Below, one piece after another: positions 34,249-46,646 of a stretch of 64,000 nt of DNA. Under the pieces are notes generated by a model. The model was not told the DNA's origin. It saw only the letters and a program-made list of their open reading frames with translations, and ran no database searches. Every line of letters begins with the position of its first letter. Within the stretch, counting starts at the first letter, position 1. The DNA lies in the NCBI GenBank assembly GCA_964410365.1, contig CAYPGB010000011.1:1960-65959 (forward strand), written 5' to 3'. Source of the stretch: an uncultured Treponema sp. GTDB taxonomy: Bacteria; Spirochaetota; Spirochaetia; Treponematales; Treponemataceae. A program made the translations under genes and the position numbers.

Positions 34249-34809
34249 ATGTCTAGAAATTGGTATATCCTTCATACTTATACAGGTTACGAAAATAAAA
34301 TAGAACGTTCAATAAAATCATTAATTGAAAAAGGTGATTTGGATTCTAATGTTGTTTTTGATGTTCGAGTTCCTGTTGAAGAGCTTGTTGAAATTAAAGA
34401 TGGAAAAAAGAAAACTCGTTTAAATAAATTTCTTCCAAGTTATATTATGCTAGAAATGGATTTACCAGAATTTGGTTGGAAAGATGTTTGTGCTCATATT
34501 TATAAAATTCAAGGTGTTACAGGTTTTGTTGGATGTGTAAGCCGTAAAGATAGACCAATTCCAATTTCAAAAGATGAAGCGATGAATCTTTTGCAGAAAT
34601 CTGGTGTTATTAAAGGTGAAAAACAAGTTCATATTAGACAAAACTTTAATATTGGAGATACTGTAAAAATTACAGAAGGTCCATTTGCAACATTTACTGG
34701 AAGTATAAAAGAAATAAATACAGAAAAAGAAAAGTTAAGTGTTGAAGTTCAAATTTTTGGCCGTCCAACTCCAGTAGAAGTAACATTCCTTCAGGTAGAA
34801 AAAGCGTAG
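34249..34809 (+). CDS. nusG: transcription termination/antitermination factor NusG
   Basis: WYILHTYTGYENK NGN domain and C-terminal KOW (GDTVKITEGPFATFTG). Confidence 0.95.
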   Translation: MSRNWYILHTYTGYENKIERSIKSLIEKGDLDSNVVFDVRVPVEELVEIKDGKKKTRLNKFLPSYIMLEMDLPEFGWKDVCAHIYKIQGVTGFVGCVSRKDRPIPISKDEAMNLLQKSGVIKGEKQVHIRQNFNIGDTVKITEGPFATFTGSIKEINTEKEKLSVEVQIFGRPTPVEVTFLQVEKA

Positions 34810-34826
34810 TTTAATTTTTGCAAATT

Positions 34827-34868
34827 CAGGGATTTATGTCCCAAACATAAATCATTAATCCTGTTTTT
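34827..34868 (+). terminator. compound hairpin plus T5 between nusG and rplK; possible attenuator
   Basis: GATTTATG/CATAAATC inner stem, CAGG(G)AT/ATCCTG outer stem, then TTTTT. Confidence 0.4.
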
Positions 34869-34950
34869 GGGAGAGTTGCAAGTCCGTTGGACATAGGCAA
34901 TTCGTTAGTAAGAAAATAAATTCTTACACACCAATATTGGGAGAAAGAAA

Positions 34951-35382
34951 ATGGCTACAAAAAAAGTTACCGCCGTTATCAAGTTACAGTGTCCAGCAGG
35001 AGCAGCAACTCCAGCACCACCAATCGGACCTGCTCTTGGACCTCACGGTGTATCAGCTCCAAAATTTGTTCAAGAATTTAATGATAGAACAAAAACAATG
35101 GAACGTGGTCTTGTTATTCCTGTTGTAATTACAGTTTATCAGGATAAATCTTACACATTTGTTCTAAAAACTCCTCCAGCAGCAGTTCTTATCAAAAAAG
35201 CATGTAAAATTGAAAAGGGAGCAAAAAATCCTCTCTTGGATAAAATTGCAAAATTGTCTGCAAAGGATTTGGAAGAAATCGCAAAAACAAAAATGCCAGA
35301 TATCAATGCTAATGATATTGAGGCTGCTAAGAAAATCGTTGCTGGTACTGCGCGAAGTATGGGTGTAGAGGTGGAGCAATAA
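34951..35382 (+). CDS. rplK: 50S ribosomal protein L11 (uL11)
   Basis: [30 protein letters not shown]. Confidence 0.96.
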   Translation: MATKKVTAVIKLQCPAGAATPAPPIGPALGPHGVSAPKFVQEFNDRTKTMERGLVIPVVITVYQDKSYTFVLKTPPAAVLIKKACKIEKGAKNPLLDKIAKLSAKDLEEIAKTKMPDINANDIEAAKKIVAGTARSMGVEVEQ

Positions 35383-35383
35383 T

Positions 35384-36058
35384 ATGAAACATGGAAAGAA
35401 ATATAATGCAGCTGCTGCAAAATATGATCTTACAAAGAAATATGATGTTGCTTCAGCTTGTAAAATGGTTCAAGATATGAAATTTGCTAACTTCGATGAA
35501 ACAATCGAAGCACATGTAGTTCTTCGTCTTGAAAAAAATGCTACAGTTCGTGATACATTGGTATTCCCAAATCAGTTCCGTGGTGAAAAGAAAGTTTTAG
35601 TATTCTGTAAAGGCGATAAAGTAAAAGAAGCTTTAGATGCTGGTGCAGCTTATGCTGGTGAAGAATATATCGAAAAAGTAAAAGGTGGTTGGCTCGACTT
35701 TGATGTTGCAGTTGCAACTCCTGATATGATGAAAGATGTTGGTCGTCTTGGTATGGTTCTTGGTCGTAAAGGTCTTATGCCTAACCCAAAAACAGGAACT
35801 GTAACTCCAGATGTTGCAAATGCTGTTGCAGAACTAAAAAAAGGTCGTACAGAATATCGTGCTGATAAAGCTGGTATTGTACATATCGCTGTTGGTAAAT
35901 GTTCAATGGATGCTGATAAAGTAATCGATAACGTAAATACTCTTCTTTCTGAAGTAAGTAAGAAAAAGCCAGCAGGTGCTGCTTCTTTTATTCAATCAGT
36001 ATCTGTAAGTTCTTCTATGGGACCTGGTGTTTGGGTTGATTACAAGGATGGTGAATAA
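35384..36058 (+). CDS. rplA: 50S ribosomal protein L1 (uL1)
   Basis: MKHGKKY ... FDETIEAHV ... [26 protein letters not shown]. Confidence 0.96.
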   Translation: MKHGKKYNAAAAKYDLTKKYDVASACKMVQDMKFANFDETIEAHVVLRLEKNATVRDTLVFPNQFRGEKKVLVFCKGDKVKEALDAGAAYAGEEYIEKVKGGWLDFDVAVATPDMMKDVGRLGMVLGRKGLMPNPKTGTVTPDVANAVAELKKGRTEYRADKAGIVHIAVGKCSMDADKVIDNVNTLLSEVSKKKPAGAASFIQSVSVSSSMGPGVWVDYKDGE

Positions 36059-36567
36059 TGGCAGTTAGAGCAAAGAAAATTCAGCCTGCAAAAGCAGAGG
36101 CTATTGAAAACGCAAAAAAAGTTTTCGCTGATTATAGTGATTTCATTTTTGCTGACTACCGTGGTTTAACTGTAGAACAGATTACTCAACTTCGTGATAA
36201 ACTTCGCGAAAAAAATGCTGTTCTTAAAGTTGTAAAAAATCACTTTGCAAGAATCGCTTTTGAAGATTTAAAAGTTGAAAATGTAGCTGACTATTTAAAA
36301 GGTCCTACAGTAATAGCAATGGCTAAGGAAGATTCTAACGAAGTTGCAAAAATTCTTTACGATTTCGCTAAAACAGCTCCTACTCTTGCTGTAAAAGGTG
36401 CAAGTATTTCTAACGAAATTTATGATGCTGAAAAAATCGAAGCATACTCAAAAGTTCCTGGAAAGAATACACTTTATGCTATGTTGATGTCTGCAATGAA
36501 CGGTCCTGTTCAAAAACTCGCAGCAACATTGCAAGCTTACGCAGACAAAAAATCTGCAGAAAACTAA
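36058..36567 (+). CDS. rplJ: 50S ribosomal protein L10 (uL10)
   Basis: 169 aa, FADYRGLTVEQITQLRDKLR. The start overlaps the rplA stop (TAATG). Confidence 0.95.
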   Translation: MAVRAKKIQPAKAEAIENAKKVFADYSDFIFADYRGLTVEQITQLRDKLREKNAVLKVVKNHFARIAFEDLKVENVADYLKGPTVIAMAKEDSNEVAKILYDFAKTAPTLAVKGASISNEIYDAEKIEAYSKVPGKNTLYAMLMSAMNGPVQKLAATLQAYADKKSAEN

Positions 36568-36722
36568 AAATTACTTTTGTAATAAAAGGATTGGAAACAA
36601 TCTTATACACGTTCAGGCTTCATAGCTGTCGACTGTTCGTGTAAAAATGCAGAAAAACTCAGTTGAGTAAAATCTGCACCATCAAAAGATGGAAATATAA
36701 CTTATATAGTGGAGAAGACAAT

Positions 36723-37100
36723 ATGGCAGCTCTCACAAATGATCAGATTCTTGATGCAATCGCATCTATGTCAGTTCTTGAAGTTTCAGAACTTGTAAAA
36801 GCAATGGAAGAAAAATTCGGAGTTACAGCAGCAGTAGCAGTTGCAGCAGGTCCAGCAGCAGGTGCAGCTCCAGCAGCAGAAGAACAAACTGAATTTACAG
36901 TTACACTCGAATCATTCGATGCAGCTAAAAAGATTCCAGTTATTAAAGCTGTTCGTGAAATTACAGGTCTTGGACTTGGTGAAGCAAAAGCTTTGGTTGA
37001 AGGTGCTCCAAAAGCTGTAAAAGAAGGTGTAAGCAAAGCTGACGCTGACGAAATGATTAAGAAACTTGAAGAAGCTGGTGGAAAAGCTAGCAAAAAATAA
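36723..37100 (+). CDS. rplL: 50S ribosomal protein L7/L12 (bL12)
   Basis: [34 protein letters not shown], Ala-rich hinge, C-terminal domain. GGAGAAG SD. The track start 36663 is a TTG in the spacer. Confidence 0.95.
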   Translation: MAALTNDQILDAIASMSVLEVSELVKAMEEKFGVTAAVAVAAGPAAGAAPAAEEQTEFTVTLESFDAAKKIPVIKAVREITGLGLGEAKALVEGAPKAVKEGVSKADADEMIKKLEEAGGKASKK

Positions 37101-37134
37101 TTAGTTTTGTAAATCTCAAAACTTAAAACATCTT

Positions 37135-37259
37135 ATAGGGAATGTCTTTTGTGGATATTCCCTATATGTATTATAAAAACATTGTAGAATTTTAAAATTC
37201 TTTTATCAGATATTTCTGTGCTGTACAGAGTTTCTAGTATGTAGCAGAAATTTTTCTGA
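37135..37259 (+). promoter_or_regulatory. rplL-rpoB intercistronic hairpins; possible attenuator or processing site
   Basis: ATAGGGAAT/ATTCCCTAT at 37135-37165. A long imperfect stem TCAGA..ATTTCTG..GCT / AGC..AGAAAT..TCTGA at 37206-37259. Confidence 0.4.
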
Positions 37260-37283
37260 ATCCAACAAAGTAAGGGGTGACTG

Positions 37284-40200
37284 ATGTTCGCAAAAACCCG
37301 AACAATCAACCGTCAGTACATTGGTAAAGATATTCAAAACTTTATGGATGTACCAAATCTTATCGAAATCCAAACATCATCTTATGAAAGTTTTTTGCAA
37401 GCAAAAGCAATAAAAGAGGGAAAACAACTTCTTAATCAAGGACTTCAAGATGTTTTTTCATCAACTTTCCCTATTGAAAGTCCAAATGGCGATATGCTTT
37501 TGGAATATGAATTTTACGAATTGGATTGGGATAATCTAAAATATTCAGAAATTCAATGCAAACAAAAAGGACTTACTTATTCAGTTCCTTTAAAAGCTCG
37601 TATAAATTTGAATTTCCTTCAAACTGGTGCAATTCTTCAAAAAGATATTTATATGGGAGATATTCCTCTCATGACAGACCGTGGCACTTTTGTTATTAAC
37701 GGTGCAGAACGCGTTGTAGTTTCTCAGATTCATCGTTCACCAGGTGTAATTTTTTGCCATGACAAAGGACTTTATTCTTCAAGAATTATTCCTTACAGAG
37801 GTTCTTGGCTAGAATTCGAAATTGACCAGAAGAAAGAACTTATTTTTGCAAAAATTGATAGAAAAAAGAAAATTCTTGGAACTTTATTTTTACGTGCTCT
37901 TGGATACAATACTCGTGAAGAAATTATTCGCTGTTTTTATGATGTTGAAGATATTGAACTTCAAAATACAGCAGAAGTAAAAGATAGCTTAGTAGATAAA
38001 GTTTTAGCAAGTGCTGTTATCATAAAAGATGAAAATGGTGAAGAAACAAGACTTTTCAATGCAGGTACACGTCTTCATCCTCATGATATTGATGATTTAA
38101 TTGCTAATAAAATTGAAAAAATCTGTGTAATTCGTTTTGATACACGAAAAAATCCTAACAATAAAGAAGAAAAAAATCATTCTCTCGACTCACAAATGAT
38201 TATTAATTGTTTTGATAGAGAAGAAGTAAAATTTGTAAGCGAAGGTTCTATTGATAATGAACCAACAAGAGAACGTTGTCTTGCAGAAATTTACGCTGTT
38301 TTACAACCAGGTGAACCTATGACTGTAGAACAAGCAGAAAAAGATTTAAATTCTTTATTCTTCTCAGAAAGACGTTATGATTTAGGACGTGTTGGACGTT
38401 ACAAACTTAATAAAAAATTTGATTATGATGAAGATGTAAAAGAATTTACTCTCATTAAAGAAGATATTATCAATACAATGAAATATCTTATAAAAGTTTA
38501 CATTGGTGATGAACAGATTGATGATATTGACCATCTTGGAAATCGTCGTATTCGTTCTGTTGGTGAATTGATGACAAATCAACTTAAATCAGCTTTTGCA
38601 CGAATGGAACGCATCGCAAAAGAAAGAATGAGTTTGAAAGAAACTGATACGATGAAACCTCAAGATTTGATTTCTATCAAACCAATTGTTGCTGCTATAA
38701 AAGAATTCTTTGGTTCTTCTCAATTATCTCAGTTCATGGATCAAATCAATCCTTTGGCTGAGCTTACACACAAACGTCGTTTAAATGCTTTAGGTCCTGG
38801 AGGTCTTTCTCGCGACCGTGCTGGATTTGAAGTTCGTGACGTACATTATTCTCATTATGGTAGAATGTGTCCTATTGAAACTCCTGAAGGTCCAAACATT
38901 GGTCTTATTGTTTCTTTAGCAATGTACACACGTGTTAATGATTATGGTTTCTTGGAAGCTCCATTTAGAAAAGTTGTCGATGGAAAAGTTTCTGAGCAAG
39001 TTGAATATCTTTCTGCAATGGATGAAGATAAATATTACATTGGTCAGGTTGTAGAAGGTATAAAAGCTGATGGTTCATTCCCAACAGAAACAATTTCTTG
39101 TCGTAATCGTGGAAACTATACTCAACGTTCTCCAAAAGATGTTCAATATATCGACGTTTCTCCACGTCAAGTAATTTCGGTTTCAGCTTCTATGATTCCT
39201 TTCTTGGAACACGACGATGCTAACCGTGCTTTGATGGGTTGTAACATGCAGCGTCAGGCTGTTCCTCTTCTTTTCCCAGAACCACCACATGTTGGAACTG
39301 GTATGGAAAGAAAATGTGCTCGCGACTCTGGAGTTCTTATAAAAGCAAAACGTGATGGAGAAGTTATTTATGTTTCAAGTGAACTTATAAAAGTTCAAGT
39401 TGCTGATTCAAAAGAAGTTGATGAATATACACTTTTAAAATATCAGAGAACAAATAACGATACTTGTAACCATCAACGTCCTACTGTTGAAGTTGGTGAA
39501 AAAGTAAAAGTTGGTGACACTCTTGCTGACGGTCCTGCAACATTTAATGGTGAACTTGCACTTGGTAGAAACCTTCTTGTAGGATTCGTGCCTTGGAATG
39601 GATATAACTATGAGGATGCTGTATTAATTTCTCAAAGAGTTGTTCGTGAAGATTTGTACACTTCTATTCATATTAAAGAATTCCAAACAGATATTCGTGA
39701 AACAAAACTTGGACCTGAAAGAATTACTCGTGATATTCCAAATAAAACAGAAAAAGATGTTGCTAATCTTGATGCTGATGGAATTATTCGCATTGGTGCA
39801 AAAGTTCGTTCTGGCGATATTCTTGTTGGAAAAGTTACACCAAAATCAGAAACAGAAACAACTCCTGAATTTAAATTGTTAAATTCTATCTTTGGTGAAA
39901 AAGCCAAAGAAGTTAGAGATAGTTCTTTAAAAGTTCCTCATGGAATTGAAGGCGTTGTTATTGATGTTCAAATTATGAGTCGCACAGAAGGTGATGAATT
40001 AAATCCTGGTGTTGATAAAGTTGTAAAAGTTCTTATCGCTAATAAACGAAAACTTCGTGAAGGTGATAAAATGGCTGGTCGACACGGAAACAAAGGTGTT
40101 GTTTCTCGTATTCTTCCAATTGAAGACATGCCATATTTGGAAGATGGAACTCCACTTGATGTTTGTTTGAATCCTCTTGGTGTACCTTCCCGAATGAACA

Positions 40201-40829
40201 TTGGACAGATTCTTGAATCAGAACTTGGAATTGCTGGAAAATATTTAAGTCAATATTTTGAAGCTCCTGTATTCCAATCACCTTCTCAAGAACAGATTGC
40301 TGATAAACTTGAAGAAGCAGGTATTCCACGAAGTTGTAAACAAATTGTTCATAGTGGACAAACTGGTGAACCTTTTGTAAATCCAATTTTCGTTGGTGTA
40401 ATCTACTATATGAAACTTCATCACCTTGTTGATGATAAAATGCATGCTCGTTCAACAGGACCTTATTCTCTTGTTACACAGCAACCTCTTGGTGGTAAAG
40501 CTCAATTTGGTGGACAGCGTCTTGGAGAAATGGAAGTTTGGGCACTTGAAGCATATGGTGCTGCTAATACTTTGCAAGAAATGATGACAATTAAATCTGA
40601 TGATATGAATGGACGTTCTAAAATTTATGAATCAATCGTAAAAGGCGACCCTTCATCAGCAATTGGAATTCCAGAATCATTCAATGTATTAGTTCAAGAA
40701 ATGCGTGGTTTAGCTCTTGATTTCACAATTTATGATGCAAAGGGTAAACAAATTGCTCTTACAGAACGTGATCAAGAATTAATTGATAAAAATGCTTCCG
40801 GATTTGAAAAGGAGGATGTAAATGCGTGA
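37284..40829 (+). CDS. rpoB: DNA-directed RNA polymerase subunit beta
   Basis: 1181 aa with canonical blocks ([41 protein letters not shown]). Confidence 0.98.
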   Translation: MFAKTRTINRQYIGKDIQNFMDVPNLIEIQTSSYESFLQAKAIKEGKQLLNQGLQDVFSSTFPIESPNGDMLLEYEFYELDWDNLKYSEIQCKQKGLTYSVPLKARINLNFLQTGAILQKDIYMGDIPLMTDRGTFVINGAERVVVSQIHRSPGVIFCHDKGLYSSRIIPYRGSWLEFEIDQKKELIFAKIDRKKKILGTLFLRALGYNTREEIIRCFYDVEDIELQNTAEVKDSLVDKVLASAVIIKDENGEETRLFNAGTRLHPHDIDDLIANKIEKICVIRFDTRKNPNNKEEKNHSLDSQMIINCFDREEVKFVSEGSIDNEPTRERCLAEIYAVLQPGEPMTVEQAEKDLNSLFFSERRYDLGRVGRYKLNKKFDYDEDVKEFTLIKEDIINTMKYLIKVYIGDEQIDDIDHLGNRRIRSVGELMTNQLKSAFARMERIAKERMSLKETDTMKPQDLISIKPIVAAIKEFFGSSQLSQFMDQINPLAELTHKRRLNALGPGGLSRDRAGFEVRDVHYSHYGRMCPIETPEGPNIGLIVSLAMYTRVNDYGFLEAPFRKVVDGKVSEQVEYLSAMDEDKYYIGQVVEGIKADGSFPTETISCRNRGNYTQRSPKDVQYIDVSPRQVISVSASMIPFLEHDDANRALMGCNMQRQAVPLLFPEPPHVGTGMERKCARDSGVLIKAKRDGEVIYVSSELIKVQVADSKEVDEYTLLKYQRTNNDTCNHQRPTVEVGEKVKVGDTLADGPATFNGELALGRNLLVGFVPWNGYNYEDAVLISQRVVREDLYTSIHIKEFQTDIRETKLGPERITRDIPNKTEKDVANLDADGIIRIGAKVRSGDILVGKVTPKSETETTPEFKLLNSIFGEKAKEVRDSSLKVPHGIEGVVIDVQIMSRTEGDELNPGVDKVVKVLIANKRKLREGDKMAGRHGNKGVVSRILPIEDMPYLEDGTPLDVCLNPLGVPSRMNIGQILESELGIAGKYLSQYFEAPVFQSPSQEQIADKLEEAGIPRSCKQIVHSGQTGEPFVNPIFVGVIYYMKLHHLVDDKMHARSTGPYSLVTQQPLGGKAQFGGQRLGEMEVWALEAYGAANTLQEMMTIKSDDMNGRSKIYESIVKGDPSSAIGIPESFNVLVQEMRGLALDFTIYDAKGKQIALTERDQELIDKNASGFEKEDVNA

Positions 40830-43800
40830 TGTACAGGATTTTGATAGTTTAAAAATAAAACTCGCTTCTCCAGAAACTATTCGTTCATGGTCTTATGGTG
40901 AAGTTAAAAAACCTGAAACTATAAATTATCGAACACTTCGTCCTGAGAAAGATGGTTTGTTCTGTGAAAGAATTTTTGGAACAACAAAAGAATGGGAATG
41001 TTACTGCGGAAAATTCAAATCAATCCGTTATAAAGGTGTAATTTGTGACCGTTGTGGTGTAGAAGTTACTCATTTTAAAGTTCGTCGTGAACGTACTGGA
41101 CATATTGAACTTGCTGCTCCAGTAAGCCATATTTGGTATTATCGTTCAGTTCCAAGCCGAATGGGACTTCTTCTTGATTTACAAGTTGCTGCTCTTCGTT
41201 CAGTTTTGTATTACGAAAGATACATTGTAATTGATGCTGGTGATACAGATTTGAAAAAAGGTCAACTTCTTGATGAAGAAGAATATCAGGCAGCACAAGA
41301 ACATTATGCAGGTTCTTTTACAGCAGATATGGGTGCTGAAGCAATTAAAACAATGCTTGAAAGATTGGACCTTGATGAACTTGCTGCAGAACTTCGTGCA
41401 AAAATGATAGAAAAAGGTTCTAAATCTGATAAACGTTTACTCCGCAGAATTGAACTTGTAGAAAATTTCCGTTCTTCAGGAAATAAAGTTTCTTGGATGA
41501 TTTTGGACGTAATTCCAGTAATTCCTCCAGAATTAAGACCAATGGTTCAGCTTGATGGTGGACGTTTTGCAACATCAGATTTAAATGATTTGTATCGTCG
41601 AGTTATAAATAGAAATAATCGTTTAAAGAGATTACAACAATTATCTGCTCCAGATATTATCATTCGTAATGAAAAACGTATGCTTCAAGAAGCAGTTGAT
41701 GCTTTGTTTGATAATACAAAACGAAAACGTGCAGTAAAAGGTGCATCTAACAGACCTTTAAAATCAATTTCCGATTTATTAAAAGGAAAACAAGGTCGTT
41801 TCCGTTTGAATCTTCTTGGAAAACGTGTTGATTATTCTGGTCGTTCTGTAATTGTTGTTGGTCCTGAGTTAAAACTTTGGCAATGTGGACTTCCAACAAA
41901 AATGGCTCTTGAATTGTTCAAACCTTTCTTGATGAAAAAACTTGTTGATAAAGATGTTGTTTTCAATATCAAAAAAGCAAAATCTTTAGTTGAGTCTGAA
42001 TCTCCAGAAGTTTATGCAATTTTGGACGAAGTTGTAAAAGAACATCCTGTTATGTTAAACCGTGCTCCTACTTTGCACCGTCTTGGAATTATGGCTTTTG
42101 AACCAGTTCTTGTTGAAGGAAAAGCTTTAAAACTTCATCCTTTAGCTTGTAAATCTTTCAACGCCGACTTTGATGGTGACCAGATGGCTATTCACGTTCC
42201 TTTGACTCAAGCAGCTCAAATGGAATGTTGGACTTTAATGCTTTCTGCACGAAACCTTCTTGACCCAGCAAACGGAAACACAATCGTAGCTCCATCTCAG
42301 GATATGGTTCTTGGTATTTACTACATGACTGCCATAAAAGCAAATGCAAAAGGAACCGGAAAACGTTTTAGTTCTCCAGATGAAGTTAGAATGGCTGCTG
42401 AACTTGGAAATATCGAATGGCAAGCTTTGGTAAAAGTTCCTGCTCCAAAAGATTCTTTCGACGCAAAAGCTCTTTCTGTAAAAGGTGATGAAGGATTTGT
42501 TCAAGGTGAACAAGTTTTCAAAAAAGGTGATTTGATTGAAACTTCCGCTGGTCGTCTTGCTTTCAACGAAGCTATGCCAGAAGGAATTGAATATGTAAAC
42601 CGTCAAATGTTTGATAAATCTTTAAAGAAGATGATTGAACATGTTTATCATACAAAAGGTTCTTGGATGACAATCCAAATGCACGACGCAATTAAAGATG
42701 TTGGTTATAAAAACGCTACATTCTACGGTGCAACTCTTTGTATGGACGATATTCTTGTTCCAACAGAAAAGAAAGAAATGGTAGAAAAAGCAAACAAAGA
42801 AGTTGATGATATTATTCAGCAATATTCTAAAGGTGTTATCACTGCGGAAGAAAGATATAACCGTGTTTGTAATATTTGGGCTAGAACAAATGATAGTCTT
42901 ACAAATTTGATGATGGGAAATCTTGAAAAAGATAAATCTGGATTTAACACAATCTATATGATGGCTAAATCTGGTGCCCGCGGTTCTCGTGGACAGATTT
43001 CTCAGCTTGCTGCTATGCGTGGTTTGATGACAAAACCTAATGGAGATATTATCGAACTTCCAATTAAAGCAAACTTTAAAGAAGGACTTTCCGTAATCGA
43101 ATACTTTATTTCTACAAACGCTGCTCGTAAAGGTCTTTCTGATACTGCGTTAAAAACAGCCGATGCAGGTTATATGACACGTCGTCTTGTTGATGTTGCT
43201 CAAGATGTTGTTATAAATGAAGAAGATTGTAAAACTATCAACGGTATTGATTATGCAGCAATAAAAGATGGTGAAGATGTTAAAGTTCCTTTGAAAGACC
43301 GAATTGTAGGTCATTACACAATCGAACGTGTTGTTCACCCAATTACTGGCGAACTTCTTTGTGATGTAAATGAATACATTGATGAAGTTCTTGCTGATAA
43401 AATTGATAAAGCCGGTGTAGAAAAAGTAAAACTTAGAACAGTTCTTACTTGCGAAGCTAAACATGGTATTTGTGTAAAATGTTATGGAAAAAATCTTGCT
43501 CGCAATAAAATTGTTGAAATTGGTGAAGCAGTTGGAATTATTGCTGCTCAATCAATTGGTCAGCCTGGTACACAGTTAACACTTCGTACATTCCACTCTG
43601 GTGGTGCTGCGGAAATGTCTACTGATGATAATAAAATTGTTCTCAAATACGATGCATTTATCAATAATATTGAAGGTACTCACGTAGAAACAAAAGATGG
43701 AAAATGGTTATTTACTCGTAAAGGTAATATGACAGTTTCTAGAATTCTTGATGAAATAAAAATAGCTTCTTCAGATAAAATTCTTGTTGAAAACGAAACA

Positions 43801-45129
43801 AGTGTTATGAGAGGAACTCCTATTGTTAATCAGAATGGAAAAGATGTTGAAGCAAAAGTAACTGGAAAAGTTCTTATAAAAGATGATGCAATCTATTTTG
43901 TAAGTAAAGAACAAAAAATCGAAATTGCAAACGGTTCTACAGTTTATGAAAAAGCCGGAGCTAAAATTAAAAAAGGCGAACCAATTGGTGAATTTGACCC
44001 ATTCTCTGAACCAATTATTGCTGAAAGTACAGGTTATATTCACTTTGAAGATGTTATTGTTGGTTCTACTTTGGAAGAAAAAGTAGATCTTCAAACTGGT
44101 GCCGTAGAACGCTATATAACAGATCTTCACTTGGATGTAAAACAACCTCGTATTCTTGTTACTGATGAAGCGGGTAATGAAATGGGAACTTATTATCTTC
44201 CTGCAGGAGCATTGCTCTTGGTTGAAGATAAAGCACCGGTTGAAGCTGGAACTACTCTTGCAAAACTTCCAAAAGAAGCAGTAAAAACAAACGATATTAC
44301 AGGAGGTCTTCCTCGAGTATCAGAATTGTTTGAAGCTAGAAGACCTAAGAATCCTTGTGTTCTTGCACAAATTTCTGGTCTTGTTAAGTTTAAGGGTATT
44401 ACAAAAGGTAAACGAATTGTTACTGTAGAAGATGAATTTGGTAAAGTTTACGAACATCTTGTTCCAATGACAAAAAGAATGATTGTTCGTGATGGTGACC
44501 GTGTAGAAGCTGGTGAACAACTTTGTGCAGGTTCTCCAAATCCTCAAGATATTCTTGCAATTCTTGGTGAAAATGCTCTCCAGAATTATCTTATGGATGA
44601 AATTCAATCAGTTTATCGTGCTCAGGGTGTAGATATTAATGATAAACACATTGGTATTATTGTTCGTCAGATGTTGCGTAAAGTAGAAATTCTTGCTGTA
44701 GGAAATACAAAATTTATTTTTGGTCAGCAAGTTGATAAATATAAATTCCATGAAGAAAATGCTCGCGTAATTGCGGAAGGTGGTCAGCCAGCTATTGGAA
44801 AACCAATGTTCCAAGGTATTACAAAAGCTTCTTTAGGAGTTGATTCATTTATTTCTGCTGCATCATTCCAGGAAACAACAAGAGTTCTTACAAATGCTGC
44901 TATTGCAGGTGCAACTGATGGTTTACATGGTATTAAGGAAAATGTTGCTATCGGTCATATGATTCCTGCTGGTACTGGAATTAAGAACTACAAAAATATC
45001 AAATTGTTTGATGATAGTGATAAAGATTTAGATGATCAAATGAATGAAATTCTTGAACGACGTCGTCTTGAAGAAGAATCAGAATCTAGAGTTGAAGAAC
45101 CAACTTTTGAGCCTGAAGAAAACGATTAA
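40822..45129 (+). CDS. rpoC: DNA-directed RNA polymerase subunit beta'
   Basis: 1435 aa. Zn-binding [14 protein letters not shown], catalytic [12 protein letters not shown]. Overlaps rpoB by 8 nt. Confidence 0.98.
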   Translation: MRDVQDFDSLKIKLASPETIRSWSYGEVKKPETINYRTLRPEKDGLFCERIFGTTKEWECYCGKFKSIRYKGVICDRCGVEVTHFKVRRERTGHIELAAPVSHIWYYRSVPSRMGLLLDLQVAALRSVLYYERYIVIDAGDTDLKKGQLLDEEEYQAAQEHYAGSFTADMGAEAIKTMLERLDLDELAAELRAKMIEKGSKSDKRLLRRIELVENFRSSGNKVSWMILDVIPVIPPELRPMVQLDGGRFATSDLNDLYRRVINRNNRLKRLQQLSAPDIIIRNEKRMLQEAVDALFDNTKRKRAVKGASNRPLKSISDLLKGKQGRFRLNLLGKRVDYSGRSVIVVGPELKLWQCGLPTKMALELFKPFLMKKLVDKDVVFNIKKAKSLVESESPEVYAILDEVVKEHPVMLNRAPTLHRLGIMAFEPVLVEGKALKLHPLACKSFNADFDGDQMAIHVPLTQAAQMECWTLMLSARNLLDPANGNTIVAPSQDMVLGIYYMTAIKANAKGTGKRFSSPDEVRMAAELGNIEWQALVKVPAPKDSFDAKALSVKGDEGFVQGEQVFKKGDLIETSAGRLAFNEAMPEGIEYVNRQMFDKSLKKMIEHVYHTKGSWMTIQMHDAIKDVGYKNATFYGATLCMDDILVPTEKKEMVEKANKEVDDIIQQYSKGVITAEERYNRVCNIWARTNDSLTNLMMGNLEKDKSGFNTIYMMAKSGARGSRGQISQLAAMRGLMTKPNGDIIELPIKANFKEGLSVIEYFISTNAARKGLSDTALKTADAGYMTRRLVDVAQDVVINEEDCKTINGIDYAAIKDGEDVKVPLKDRIVGHYTIERVVHPITGELLCDVNEYIDEVLADKIDKAGVEKVKLRTVLTCEAKHGICVKCYGKNLARNKIVEIGEAVGIIAAQSIGQPGTQLTLRTFHSGGAAEMSTDDNKIVLKYDAFINNIEGTHVETKDGKWLFTRKGNMTVSRILDEIKIASSDKILVENETSVMRGTPIVNQNGKDVEAKVTGKVLIKDDAIYFVSKEQKIEIANGSTVYEKAGAKIKKGEPIGEFDPFSEPIIAESTGYIHFEDVIVGSTLEEKVDLQTGAVERYITDLHLDVKQPRILVTDEAGNEMGTYYLPAGALLLVEDKAPVEAGTTLAKLPKEAVKTNDITGGLPRVSELFEARRPKNPCVLAQISGLVKFKGITKGKRIVTVEDEFGKVYEHLVPMTKRMIVRDGDRVEAGEQLCAGSPNPQDILAILGENALQNYLMDEIQSVYRAQGVDINDKHIGIIVRQMLRKVEILAVGNTKFIFGQQVDKYKFHEENARVIAEGGQPAIGKPMFQGITKASLGVDSFISAASFQETTRVLTNAAIAGATDGLHGIKENVAIGHMIPAGTGIKNYKNIKLFDDSDKDLDDQMNEILERRRLEEESESRVEEPTFEPEEND

Positions 45130-45208
45130 TTTTAGAAAAATTCAATAGAACTTCTAAATAAAAACCGAAATTCTATTGAATTCATTTTTTGAATTCAATA
45201 GAATTGTT

Positions 45209-45235
45209 AAATCTATCTTTAATAGATTTTTTTTT
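45209..45235 (+). terminator. weak AT-rich hairpin plus T-run after rpoC
   Basis: AAATCTAT-cttta-ATAGATTT followed by T-run to 45235. Confidence 0.4.
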
Positions 45236-45285
45236 GATTGAAAATCTTCCGGGGTGCTGACCGGAATAAAATAGGAGTATAGGCG

Positions 45286-45660
45286 ATGCCTACAATAAAT
45301 CAATTAATTCGTCAAGGTCGTAAATCTGCAGCAAACAGAACTAAGGCTCCCGCACTTGATTCTTGTCCTCAGAAACGTGGCGTTTGTACACGTGTTATGA
45401 CTCAGACACCTAAAAAACCAAACTCAGCATTGAGAAAGATTGCTCGTGTTCGTTTGTCAAATGGTATTGAAGTAACTGCATACATTCCAGGTATTGGACA
45501 TAACTTGCAGGAACACTCAGTAGTTTTAGTTCGTGGTGGACGTGTAAAGGATCTTCCTGGTGTACGTTATCATATCATCCGTGGTACAAAAGATACTCTC
45601 GGTGTAGAAGATCGTAAACGTGGTCGTTCTAAATACGGTGCAAAAAAACCTAAGGCTTAA
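45286..45660 (+). CDS. rpsL: 30S ribosomal protein S12 (uS12)
   Basis: [13 protein letters not shown] ... [10 protein letters not shown]. Confidence 0.97.
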   Translation: MPTINQLIRQGRKSAANRTKAPALDSCPQKRGVCTRVMTQTPKKPNSALRKIARVRLSNGIEVTAYIPGIGHNLQEHSVVLVRGGRVKDLPGVRYHIIRGTKDTLGVEDRKRGRSKYGAKKPKA

Positions 45661-45672
45661 TGGAGGACTAAG

Positions 45673-46143
45673 ATGGGAAGACATAAGAAATCAATCGAAC
45701 GTCCTTTACTTCCGGACGTAAAGTATAATAGCAAAGTAGTTTCAAAATTAGTTTGCCGTATGATGCTAGACGGAAAAAAAGAAACTTGTCAAAAAATTGT
45801 TTACGAAGCAATGGATAAGTTAAAAGCTAAAACTGATAAAGATCCACTTGAAGTTTTGTTAAAAGCTATTGAAAATGTAAAACCACAGGTTGAAGTAAAA
45901 TCACGTCGTGTTGGTGGTGCTACATATCAAGTTCCAATGGAAATTCGTGCAGAACGAAAAGAAGCTCTCGCTATGAGATGGATTATCGATGCTGCTCGTA
46001 ACAGAAGTGGTCGCGGAATGGCAGATACACTTTCTTCAGAACTTTTTGATGCTTACAACAATACTGGAACAGCTTACAAAAAGCGTGAAGATGTTCATAA
46101 AATGGCTGAAGCAAATAAAGCTTTTGCTCATTATAAATGGTAA
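45673..46143 (+). CDS. rpsG: 30S ribosomal protein S7 (uS7)
   Basis: 156 aa, VKSRRVGGATYQVPMEIR. Confidence 0.97.
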   Translation: MGRHKKSIERPLLPDVKYNSKVVSKLVCRMMLDGKKETCQKIVYEAMDKLKAKTDKDPLEVLLKAIENVKPQVEVKSRRVGGATYQVPMEIRAERKEALAMRWIIDAARNRSGRGMADTLSSELFDAYNNTGTAYKKREDVHKMAEANKAFAHYKW

Positions 46144-46157
46144 TTTATTGATTATAA

Positions 46158-46197
46158 AATGGGGTGTTTTCTTTGAAAAATGCCCCATATTTTTTTT
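46158..46197 (+). terminator. intrinsic terminator after rpsG
   Basis: ATGGGG (46159-46164) pairs with CCCCAT (46183-46188), followed by a T8 run. Confidence 0.65.
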
Positions 46198-46379
46198 AAA
46201 ATCGACTTATGGTTATTGCAATTTATTTTTATAAATTGTATATTTTTAGAACTTGACTGTTTTTTAAATTAAGCAGTAATTGGGTTCTTTGAGAGTCAGA
46301 CAGATTTTTTTATCTGGTGCATCCGTAAAGTTAACTTTTTTAGTTTTCAGGATTGTACGGCCCATAAAACATAATAATT

Positions 46380-46646
46380 TCACCGTTGGTGATGATTATA
46401 TAGATAATTGGTTTTTAGGGATTTCTGACTAGTCGTTATGACAAACTCGAAAATACCAAACCAGTTGTCAAAAAGATGATAATGTTGGTGGTAACGGGTT
46501 GAAATGTTTCGAATTGATGAAGCATTGTTCTTTATTATTTCTTTTCTTCCTGTAAAACCTTCAATTAAAATCGTCAATATTGTGTCTGCGAATAAAATGT
46601 TTTCTTCGTGAAGAAAGCGTTTGTTCTGGCTTAAAGTGCAGCACAT
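46380..46646 (-). CDS. doubtful 88-aa His-rich ORF in the rpsG-tuf gap
   Basis: Only an open frame: no SD seen and no family recognised. Opposite in orientation to the whole ribosomal cluster. Confidence 0.15.
   Translation of the reverse strand: MCCTLSQNKRFLHEENILFADTILTILIEGFTGRKEIIKNNASSIRNISTRYHQHYHLFDNWFGIFEFVITTSQKSLKTNYLYNHHQR

Noticed and set aside
34937-35128. 63-aa ORF overlapping the rplK start in another frame
   Set aside because: The rplK frame, starting at 34951, gives a canonical uL11 sequence, so the alternative frame is spurious.
36743-37093. 116-aa minus-strand ORF inside rplL
   Set aside because: It is an antisense frame of the Ala-rich L7/L12 gene. GCN-rich regions stay open on both strands.
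40039-40455. 138-aa minus-strand ORF inside rpoB
   Set aside because: It is antisense to a universally conserved rpoB segment, with no start context.
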